From contig NZ_JAYRVJ010000009.1 of the NCBI RefSeq assembly GCF_041918635.1, positions 1 through 45,306 of the forward strand: a stretch of DNA of 45,306 nt, in the 5' to 3' direction. The position numbers were made by a program, and so were the translations under genes. Below, piece after piece: positions 1-7,136 of this stretch; position 1 is the first letter of the stretch, and the number at the start of each line of letters is the position of its first letter. The stretch is from Promineifilum sp. (GTDB lineage: Bacteria; Chloroflexota; Anaerolineae; Promineifilales; Promineifilaceae). The notes under the pieces are model-generated. The model made no database searches, had not been told where the DNA came from, and saw nothing but the letters and a program-made list of their open reading frames with translations.

Positions 1-1
1 G

Positions 2-568
2 GGCTGCCTGACCTACATCGGGCCGGGGAACCTGCTGGATGACGACATCGCCATTCACCACATCTTCCATCACGTCCTCGATCCGGCCATCTGCATCTAC
101 GAGTGCCCGGTGCGCGCTTTCCGGGAGTGCCAGAATTTGCCTAAGCGATTTGAGTTGCTGGACGGCGCGCCGGCGATTCAGGGCGTCGTCGCGTCAACAG
201 GCCCGCGCCTCGACGCGCCGCTCATCGCGCCGCGCGAGTTGTGGCGCGTCCTGCGCCTCACATCGCCGTCGCAGCACCCGGCCGTGCTGGACGTGCGCGA
301 GCCGCGCGAGTATCGCCGCTCGCACATCGCTGAGGCTCAGTCCGTGCCCTTGTCTAGTCTGCTCAAGGGTGGGCTGACCGTCGCCAACGACCGGCCGATT
401 GTGCTGGTATGTCAGGCGGGCCGCCGCAGTCGCCGCGCGGCGGCTGTGCTCCGTGACCTGGGGTATGGCGACATCACCGTTGTTGAGGGCGGCATGCAGG
501 GTTGGGAAGCGGCCGGCCTGCTGACCGCCGTGGAGTTCGACCCCGAGCCGCCGGCCGGCCGCGTCTGA
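2..568 (+). CDS. 5'-truncated SulP-family anion transporter C-terminus fused to a rhodanese domain
   Basis: Frame is open from position 2 (GCLTYIGPGNLLDDDIAIHHIFHHVLDPAICIYECPVRAFRECQNLPK), a Cys-rich tail typical of some SulP/STAS proteins. Rhodanese motifs follow: VLDVREPREY..SHI, VLVCQAGRRS, VVEGGMQGW. Confidence 0.7.
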   Translation, partial: GCLTYIGPGNLLDDDIAIHHIFHHVLDPAICIYECPVRAFRECQNLPKRFELLDGAPAIQGVVASTGPRLDAPLIAPRELWRVLRLTSPSQHPAVLDVREPREYRRSHIAEAQSVPLSSLLKGGLTVANDRPIVLVCQAGRRSRRAAAVLRDLGYGDITVVEGGMQGWEAAGLLTAVEFDPEPPAGRV

Positions 569-599
569 CAAAGGGTATCTTTTCTTTTGAGGCGCTCTC

Positions 600-1613
600 A
601 TGGACGTTACGACGCCTAAGCCAAGTCAAGAGGAGCCGTCAATCCTGAATGACCGTCTCGCCTCCCGCAACATCGGTCTTGACCTGGTGCGGGTCACTGA
701 GGCGGCCGCGCTGGCCGCGGGGCGGTGGATAGGGTCGGGCAACTACGCCGCCGCTCACGCCGCGGCCACCGAAGCTATGGCTAACATGCTGCTGACGCTG
801 GGCATCGACGGCTGCATCGCCATCGGCGAGGACCGGCTCATTGACGGGGTCGCGCCGCTGTGCGAGAGGACGGTGTTTGGGCCGGGCCGCGTGCCATGCG
901 ATCTGGCGGTGGATCCCATTGACGGTACGCGACTGCTGGTCGAGGGGAAGCCGGGGGCCATCTCGGTGGTGGCCGTGGCCCCGCGCCATAGCATCTGGTC
1001 GACCGGCCCGGCCGAATACCTCGACAAGATCGTCGTCGACCGCGACGCCGCGCCGCTGCTCGTGCCGGAATGCATGGACGCGCCGGCGGCCTGGACGTTG
1101 GCGCTCATCGCCCGCGCCAAGAAAAAGGCGGTGCGCGACCTCGTGGTGGTGGTGCTCCAGCGCGTGCGCCACTACGAGCTGATCGAGGAGATACGGGCGA
1201 CCGGAGCGCGCATTCTGCTGCGCGAGGAAGGGGACGCGGAGGGAGCGCTGGTGGCCGCCACGCCGGGCACGGGCGTGGACGTGCTGATGGGCGTCGGCGG
1301 GGCGTCCCAGGGGGCGCTGGCGGCTTGCGCCGTGCGGGCCTTGCGCGGCGGCATGCTGGCCCGGCTGGCCCCGCAGTCGGCCGAAGAGCAGGCGGCCGTC
1401 GCTCAGGCGGGGCTGGATACCAAGCGGGTCATGACCATTGACGAATTGGTGACGGGCGACGATATCTTCTTTGCCGCAACGGGCGTCACCGACTCCTCGC
1501 TGTTGCCGGGCATCACCTACCAGGGCGGGCGCGCTGAGACGCACTCGCTGCTAATCCGCGCCAAGACGAAGACAAGGCGGTTTATCCAGGCGGAGCATAC
1601 GTTGGAGGAGTAG
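600..1613 (+). CDS. glpX: Class II fructose-1,6-bisphosphatase (GlpX)-family protein with a divergent active site
   Basis: DLVRVTEAAALAA, DLAVDPIDGT, Y.DK, R.RH and FAATGVTD motifs are present, but several catalytic positions are substituted (see findings). Confidence 0.85.
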   Translation: MDVTTPKPSQEEPSILNDRLASRNIGLDLVRVTEAAALAAGRWIGSGNYAAAHAAATEAMANMLLTLGIDGCIAIGEDRLIDGVAPLCERTVFGPGRVPCDLAVDPIDGTRLLVEGKPGAISVVAVAPRHSIWSTGPAEYLDKIVVDRDAAPLLVPECMDAPAAWTLALIARAKKKAVRDLVVVVLQRVRHYELIEEIRATGARILLREEGDAEGALVAATPGTGVDVLMGVGGASQGALAACAVRALRGGMLARLAPQSAEEQAAVAQAGLDTKRVMTIDELVTGDDIFFAATGVTDSSLLPGITYQGGRAETHSLLIRAKTKTRRFIQAEHTLEE

Positions 1614-1690
1614 CGGGGGAGCAGGGGGGCGCGGGAGCAGGAGAGCCAAAGCGCTTTCACCCCCGCTCCCCTGCACCCCCGCGCTTTCAC
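1612..1690. repeat. Inverted octamer array (GGGGAGCA-like / CCCCTGCA-like), family G
   Basis: GCGGGGGAGCAGGGGGGCGCGGGAGCAGGAG ... CCCCGCTCCCCTGCACCCCCGC lies between convergent stops. A related array is at 45181-45212. Confidence 0.7.
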
Positions 1691-1692
1691 CC

Positions 1693-2130
1693 TTATACGT
1701 AGGCGGCCCTCGTCTCCCGATGAAACAGCCAGGCCAGCCCCAGAATGGGCTGGATGAGCGGGAAGTAGCCATAGTCGGCCCCAAAGCGGCCCCAGACCGT
1801 ACGGCCGATCGCGTCGGGGATGATAAAGCTGAGGGTGCCGATGAGCAGTACCATCGCCAGTTCGAAGACCAGCATGCTGACCGACAACCGCCAGGCCCAG
1901 CGCTTGCGCACGACGAAGCCAACGGTCGCCAGCAGATAGCACACCGCCGCCACGCCGCTGAGCAGCGGCGGCAGGTAGTTGGTTACGCCTTCCTTAAGGA
2001 ACAACTGATAGAGCGCCCGAACGCCGGTGGACAAAGCCAGCACCGGGTAAGAGATAGCCAGGATGACGCCCGCGGCCCGGATGAAACCGGACAGGGCGTT
2101 TTCGGTAACATTGCTTTCTTGCGTGGTCAT
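1693..2130 (-). CDS. Hypothetical membrane protein (about 4 TM helices)
   Basis: Hydrophobic segments. ATG at 2130 (MTTQES..) lies 6 nt downstream of TACGAT, so it is preferred over the ORF-track start at 2199. Confidence 0.7.
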   Translation of the reverse strand: MTTQESNVTENALSGFIRAAGVILAISYPVLALSTGVRALYQLFLKEGVTNYLPPLLSGVAAVCYLLATVGFVVRKRWAWRLSVSMLVFELAMVLLIGTLSFIIPDAIGRTVWGRFGADYGYFPLIQPILGLAWLFHRETRAAYV

Positions 2131-2231
2131 AAGGCGATCGTAGCGCAGCCGGCCAGGCTGCGCCACAACGGTATCTGAACAGTTGCTAAACCCCGGCAAG
2201 CTTCTCCCTGTTGAAATGTTACAATTCTGCC

Positions 2232-3785
2232 ATGTACGATGATGAGCCTCTTTCCGAGCCGTTGAATGCCGATCTCCTGGAATTCGATGAGACGGCCAGC
2301 AACTCTCGCCTTCGCAGTTGCCTGTTCACGGTCATCTCGCTGGTCGTGATCGCCAGTCTGCTCGGCTCCTCGGTAGTGGCTTTCTTCATCGTCAGAGACC
2401 GCGCCACGCAAACCATGTCCGCGGCGGCGGCGACGATGGTTGCCACCGCCGCCCTCTCACTTGAATTGGAAGAGGCCGCGACCGACGCCCCGCCTACAGC
2501 CGCGCCGGCGACCATCGTGGCCGCCGTGCCCACGTCGGCGCCGGTCAGCGACAAACCGGCTTCCGCTGTGCCCGGCATCAATCGCATCGCCATCGTGAAC
2601 GGCGAGGGCCAGATAGAGACGCTGTCGCCCACCGGCGAGGATCGCCGCTCCGTGACTGACGACGACGACAACATCTTCTTCCAGTTCCCCACCTGGTCGC
2701 CGGACGGCAGCCGCATCGCCGTGATCGGCAGCCGCTTCACGGGCGGCGGCGTCTACGTATTTGAAGATGCCGAGACGGAGTTGCCCGCCGTGCAAAGCGA
2801 GGTCTACTTCAGCGCCGACGAGACGCCCTTTTACCTCTATTGGTCGCCCGACAGCAGCCATTTGGCCTTCCTGGCCAACCACGAGCGCAACTCGATGGGC
2901 TTGAACGTTATTGCCGGCGACGGCGCGACGGACAGCCGGTTGCTGGCGACCGGCTCGCCGATGTACTGGGATTGGACTGACGACGGCCGCCGGCTGCTGA
3001 TCCATTCCGGCCAGGGGCGCGCGCGCGACACACTGGCCCTGATTGACCTGCAAGGCGCGGCCCAGGCTGACAACCTGGCGACTCCTGGCTACTTCCAGGC
3101 GCCCGGTGTCGCCTCCGGCGACCGCTATCTCGCTTTTGCCGAACAGGAGAGCGGCGGCCTCAGCACTCTGGTGATCGTAGACACGCAGACCGGGGAACAC
3201 CGGCCCTATGAGCAGGTTGGTTCTCTGGCGCTGAGTTGGAGTCCCACCGAGGATCGTCTCGCCTTCACCAACGGTTCCATTGAGGGACATCCTTTCTGGG
3301 GGGCGCTGCGCTTGCTGGACGTGAGCACGGGCGAAACCCGCGTTTTGAGCAGGCAAACGGTGTTGGCTTTCTTTTGGTCGCCCGATGGCCGCTCCATCGC
3401 CTTCATCACCATTGGCCGCGACGACGAGGACAGCATCCATGCCTCGACCGCGCCCAAGACGCGCCGCGTCGGCCGCCTGACCAGTCAACCGGCCATGCCT
3501 GTCCAACAGCCGGGCCAGAACTATCTCACGCTTTCCATTGTTGACGTGGACACCGGGGAGGGCCTTCGTCTACTAGACTTTGAGCCGACCGCGACCTACC
3601 TGACTCAATTCCTGCCGTTTTTCGATCAGTATGCGCTCAGCCATCGTATCTGGTCGCCGGATAGCAACGCGCTCGTGCTGCCGGTGCGCGAAGAAGGGGT
3701 CAACATGGTGGTTGTCGTACCCGCGCGCGGGGGCCGGCCCCATCGCCTGGCGGAGGGCGACATCGCTTTTTGGAGCCAACAGTAA
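2232..3785 (+). CDS. Membrane-anchored TolB-like / PD40 beta-propeller protein
   Basis: N-terminal TM helix, Ala/Pro/Thr linker and repeated WSPDG/WSPDS blades. ATG at 2232 lies 6 nt after TGnTACAAT. Confidence 0.8.
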   Translation: MYDDEPLSEPLNADLLEFDETASNSRLRSCLFTVISLVVIASLLGSSVVAFFIVRDRATQTMSAAAATMVATAALSLELEEAATDAPPTAAPATIVAAVPTSAPVSDKPASAVPGINRIAIVNGEGQIETLSPTGEDRRSVTDDDDNIFFQFPTWSPDGSRIAVIGSRFTGGGVYVFEDAETELPAVQSEVYFSADETPFYLYWSPDSSHLAFLANHERNSMGLNVIAGDGATDSRLLATGSPMYWDWTDDGRRLLIHSGQGRARDTLALIDLQGAAQADNLATPGYFQAPGVASGDRYLAFAEQESGGLSTLVIVDTQTGEHRPYEQVGSLALSWSPTEDRLAFTNGSIEGHPFWGALRLLDVSTGETRVLSRQTVLAFFWSPDGRSIAFITIGRDDEDSIHASTAPKTRRVGRLTSQPAMPVQQPGQNYLTLSIVDVDTGEGLRLLDFEPTATYLTQFLPFFDQYALSHRIWSPDSNALVLPVREEGVNMVVVVPARGGRPHRLAEGDIAFWSQQ

Positions 3786-3791
3786 GAAGGG

Positions 3792-3821
3792 AATCCACAG
3801 ATTTCGCAGATTGCACAGATT
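3792..3821. repeat. Nonamer array (CACAGATTT-like), family E, single arm
   Basis: AATCCACAGATTTCGCAGATTGCACAGATT; related copies at 13711, 14712, 21956, 23207, 28720 and 31568. Confidence 0.75.
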
Positions 3822-3822
3822 G

Positions 3823-3898
3823 GTTGTTAGTCGTTGGTCGTTGGTTGCCAGTGGTTGGCGACCAACGACCAACCACTAACAACTAACAACTGACAACT
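3823..3898. repeat. Inverted heptamer array (GTCGTTG / ACCAACG / ACTAACA), family H
   Basis: GTTGTTA GTCGTTG GTCGTTG GTTGCCA GTGGTTG, then ACCAACG ACCAACC ACTAACA ACTAACA ACTGACA. Confidence 0.8.
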
Positions 3899-3911
3899 AC
3901 CGACTTCCCCC

Positions 3912-4817
3912 GTGCGCGCCTTCTACTACGATCACCTTCCTCTGTCGCTGCCCGCCACCCACCGCTTTCCGGCCGACAAGTACCGGCGGCTGCGCGAGCG
4001 AATTCTGGCGTCGGGGGTTGTCGCGCCCGATTGCCTTACGCCCGCGCCCGAAGTGACGAACGCCCAGCTGGCCCGCGCCCACGACGCCGATTACGTTGCG
4101 CGCTTCGAGGGCGGCCTGCTGAGCGCGGCTGAGATTCGACGCATTGGCCTGCCCTGGTCACGCGAACTGGTCGCGCGGGTGCGCCACATGGCCGGCGGCT
4201 CCGTCGCGGCGGCGCGTATTGCGTTGCGCGACGGCGTCGGCGTCATCCTGGGCGGTGGAACTCACCACGCCGCCCGCGACCATGGCGAAGGCTTCTGCCT
4301 CTACAATGACGTGATCATCGCCGCGCGGGCCATGCAGGCCGAGGGGCGCGCCCACCGCGTCCTCATCGTCGACGCCGACGTTCACCAGGGCAACGGCACG
4401 GCCCGTATCGCCGCCGGCGACCCCAGTCTCTACACCTTCTCCATCCACGGCGAGAAGAATTTCCCGTACCGCAAATATCCCAGCGATCTCGACGTGGGGT
4501 TGCCCGACGACACGAGGGACGCGGCCTATCTCGATGCCCTGGCCGCGGCGCTGGACGTGGCCTTTCCGGCGGCCGCGCCCGACCTGGTCATCTATCTGGC
4601 CGGGGCCGACCCATTCCGGGGCGACAGGCTCGGCCGGTTGGCGCTGAGCAAGGAGGGGCTGGCGGCGCGCGACGCACTGGTGCTGGAGCGCTGTCGCGCC
4701 GAGCGGACGCCGGTCGCCGTGACGCTGGCTGGCGGTTACGGCCGGGACACGGCCGACACGGTGGACATCTATCACCAGACGGTGGCCCTGGCGGCCCAGG
4801 TCGCCGCTACGTGGTGA
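3912..4817 (+). CDS. Zn-dependent histone deacetylase-family protein
   Basis: GGGTHHA, GFC, DADVHQGNG, GADP..GDRLG and AGGY motifs. Confidence 0.9.
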   Translation: MRAFYYDHLPLSLPATHRFPADKYRRLRERILASGVVAPDCLTPAPEVTNAQLARAHDADYVARFEGGLLSAAEIRRIGLPWSRELVARVRHMAGGSVAAARIALRDGVGVILGGGTHHAARDHGEGFCLYNDVIIAARAMQAEGRAHRVLIVDADVHQGNGTARIAAGDPSLYTFSIHGEKNFPYRKYPSDLDVGLPDDTRDAAYLDALAAALDVAFPAAAPDLVIYLAGADPFRGDRLGRLALSKEGLAARDALVLERCRAERTPVAVTLAGGYGRDTADTVDIYHQTVALAAQVAATW

Positions 4818-6030
4818 CCTGCGCCCCGAATTGCCCGTCGCCCAACTGCACGACGAACACCTGACCTGGATGCACCGCTGTCGCGCTGCGGATGATGTGA
4901 CCATTGGCGTCGCGCACGATGGCGAAACCACGCCCCAACGTCGCCAGCGGGCTGACGGCCGAGAGGCTGGCCCCGGCCACCGCCAGCCGCGCCCGCCGCC
5001 TATCGAGAATGCGCACTGCCGCCCGCGTCAGCCGCCCGGTCAGCACGTCCACCTGCTGCCGGTTGCTGTCCAGCGTGCGGCGTGGACTGAGCAGCCACAA
5101 CAGTTGCGTTTGGGCGCGCACGGCTCGCTGCCGCGCCGCCAGGCCCGCCTTTACCGCCTCCAGCAGCCGTCCGTCGATCTGCGCCAGCGCCGGCCGCAGG
5201 CTGGACAGGTCGGGGACGGCGAGTTCGGCGGCGGCCGAGGGCGTGGGGGCGCGCAAGTCGGCCACGAAGTCGGTGATGGTAAAATCCGTCTCATGGCCGA
5301 CGCCGCTGATGACCGGGTGGCGGGCGTCATAGATGGCGCGGGCCACGCGCTCATCGTTGAACGCCCACAGGTCTTCGATGGAGCCGCCGCCGCGGGCGAT
5401 GAGGATCGTGTCAACGTCGTCCCGGCCGTCAAGCCAGCGCAGGGCGCGCACGATCTGGGCCGGGGCCAGCTCGCCCTGCACCAACGTCGGCGCGATGAGG
5501 ACGGTGACCAGCGGGTTGCGCCGCGCCAGAACGTTGAGGATGTCGCGCAGCGCCGCGCCGTCGGCCGAGGTGACGACGCCGATCTTGCGCGGGAAGCGGG
5601 GGATGGGCTGCTTGTGCTCGGGGTCGAACAGCCCTTCGGCCATCAGGCGCTCTTTCAGGCGCTCGAACGCGGCGGCCAGATCGCCCCGGCCGGCCGGTTG
5701 CAGCCGGTCGACGTAGAGTTGGTAGACGCCGCCGGCTTCGTAGACCGAGACGCGGCCGTGGGCCACCACTGCGTCCCCTTCGGCCGGGCGAAAGCGCAGC
5801 CGCTCGGCCATGTTGCGCCACATGACGCACTTCATCTGCGACGCGCCATCCTTGAGGGTGAAATAGAGGTGGCCCGACGCCGCGCGCGTGAAGTTGGAGA
5901 TCTCGCCGGACACGTCGATGTCTTGCAGGCGATAGTCGAGTTCGAACATCTGCCGCACGTAACTCGACAGCTCGCTCACCGTCCAGATGGCCCGTTCGGG
6001 ACTCTCGGATTGGCCCATGAAGGAGAACAT
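4807..6030 (-). CDS. xseA: Exodeoxyribonuclease VII large subunit
   Basis: VSGEISNF..AASGHLYFTLKD, ARGGGSIEDLWAFN and SGVGHETDFTI.DFVAD.RAPTPSAAAE motifs. ATG at 6030 has GGAG upstream. Confidence 0.95.
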   Translation of the reverse strand: MFSFMGQSESPERAIWTVSELSSYVRQMFELDYRLQDIDVSGEISNFTRAASGHLYFTLKDGASQMKCVMWRNMAERLRFRPAEGDAVVAHGRVSVYEAGGVYQLYVDRLQPAGRGDLAAAFERLKERLMAEGLFDPEHKQPIPRFPRKIGVVTSADGAALRDILNVLARRNPLVTVLIAPTLVQGELAPAQIVRALRWLDGRDDVDTILIARGGGSIEDLWAFNDERVARAIYDARHPVISGVGHETDFTITDFVADLRAPTPSAAAELAVPDLSSLRPALAQIDGRLLEAVKAGLAARQRAVRAQTQLLWLLSPRRTLDSNRQQVDVLTGRLTRAAVRILDRRRARLAVAGASLSAVSPLATLGRGFAIVRDANGHIIRSATAVHPGQVFVVQLGDGQFGAQVTT

Positions 6031-6100
6031 ATGCGCTCCGGCTGTTAGAACATCTGGCCTGATTCTAGCGGGCCGGGGCGCGGGCCGCAACTGACATGCT

Positions 6101-6173
6101 TAGACCTGGCAGGTGGGCAGCCACAAGGCACATCCCTGCCGAAGTACCACTGGCTGCCCACCTGTCAGGTCTA
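6101..6173. repeat. 23-bp inverted repeat element (AGACCTG.CAGGT core), family D
   Basis: TAGACCTGGCAGGTGGGCAGCCA (6101-6123) and TGGCTGCCCACCTGTCAGGTCTA (6151-6173), 1 mismatch. The core recurs at 41064-41078, with a variant at 30481-30515. Confidence 0.85.
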
Positions 6174-6250
6174 TCTGCGGCATGGCAAACCCGCGCTAAA
6201 CGCGCTACAATGCCGTCCTATTCAACATCTATTCGATTTGGAGGTGCTTT

Positions 6251-6598
6251 CTGGAAGGTCTGGAACTGACTAATCTGCTGGCCGATGCGCTGCTGGACAA
6301 GAAGGGCATCGACATCCTCGTGCTGGACATACATACCCAAGCCATCTTCGCCGACTACTTCGTCATCTGTAGCGGCGATTCAGAGCCACAACTGCGCGCG
6401 CTGTCTCAAGCTGTTCTGGGGCAGGTCAAGAAGGAGGGCGAGCGGATGCCCAAAGGGGTAGAGGGTACGCCGGCCGACGGCTGGGTGCTTATCGACTTTG
6501 GCGACGTGGTCGTCCACCTGTTCTCCCCCGACAAGCGGGAGTACTACGATCTGGAAGCCCTCTGGCACCGGGGCCGCGTGGTGATGAGAATGCAGTAG
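6251..6598 (+). CDS. rsfS: Ribosome silencing factor, probable CTG start
   Basis: LDKKGIDILVLDI..ADYFVICSG..W.LIDFGDVVVHLF..REYYDLE.LW. GGAGGT at 6240-6245 precedes CTG at 6251, and there is an in-frame TAA at 6197. Confidence 0.9.
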   Translation: MEGLELTNLLADALLDKKGIDILVLDIHTQAIFADYFVICSGDSEPQLRALSQAVLGQVKKEGERMPKGVEGTPADGWVLIDFGDVVVHLFSPDKREYYDLEALWHRGRVVMRMQ

Positions 6599-6619
6599 GG
6601 CCCACGCAGGCCCTACTGC
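6592..6619. terminator. GTAG..CTAC hairpin between convergent rsfS and ndk (REP-like, possible bidirectional terminator)
   Basis: GCAGTAGGGCC-CACGCA-GGCCCTACTGC; it contains the rsfS TAG. Confidence 0.55.
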
Positions 6620-6632
6620 GCGGTTGTTCCAC

Positions 6633-7082
6633 TTACTCGCGGATCCAGCGTTCCGCGTCGCGCTGCCAGTCAACCAGTTCTTCGGGCGCGAAGAAGAGGG
6701 AGACCTCGCGGGCGGCGCTCTCCACACCGTCAGAGCCGTGGACGAGATTGCGGCCGATCTCCACGGCAAAGTCGCCGCGGATAGTGCCGGGCGCGGCCTC
6801 GACCGGTTTGGTCACGCCCATCGTGTTGCGCACGATCTGGATGGCGCTGTTGCCCTCCCAGACCATCGCCACCACCGGGCCGGACGTGATGTAATCCACC
6901 AGACCGGGGTAGAACGGCTTACCGACGTGAGCCTCGTAGTGCGCGCCGGCCAACTCGCGCGTCATCTGCATGAACTTCAAGCCTTTCAGCTTCAATCCGC
7001 GGCGCTCCAGGCGGTGGATGATCTCCCCGATCAGGCCGCGCTGAACGCCGTCCGGTTTCACCAAGACAAGGGTCTGTTCCAT
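6633..7082 (-). CDS. ndk: Nucleoside diphosphate kinase
   Basis: TLVLVKPDGVQRGLIGEII, PGTIRGDF and NLVHGSD motifs. Confidence 0.97.
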   Translation of the reverse strand: MEQTLVLVKPDGVQRGLIGEIIHRLERRGLKLKGLKFMQMTRELAGAHYEAHVGKPFYPGLVDYITSGPVVAMVWEGNSAIQIVRNTMGVTKPVEAAPGTIRGDFAVEIGRNLVHGSDGVESAAREVSLFFAPEELVDWQRDAERWIRE

Positions 7083-7136
7083 CTAGCTTGCTCCGTTGTA
7101 AGTAAATGAGTCGTAATCAATCGCCGGCCGCGGCGG

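Noticed and set aside
3792-3900. Possible CRISPR array or iterons in the short tandem repeats (also 13711-13774)
   Set aside because: The units are 7-9 nt, contiguous and inverted, with no unique spacers and no cas or rep genes.
6024-6236. LexA-like boxes near xseA/rsfS (GAACATATGCGC, GAACATCTGGCC, CAACATCTATTC)
   Set aside because: Each has two or more mismatches to GAAC-N4-GTTC, which is not supportable without a genome-trained matrix.
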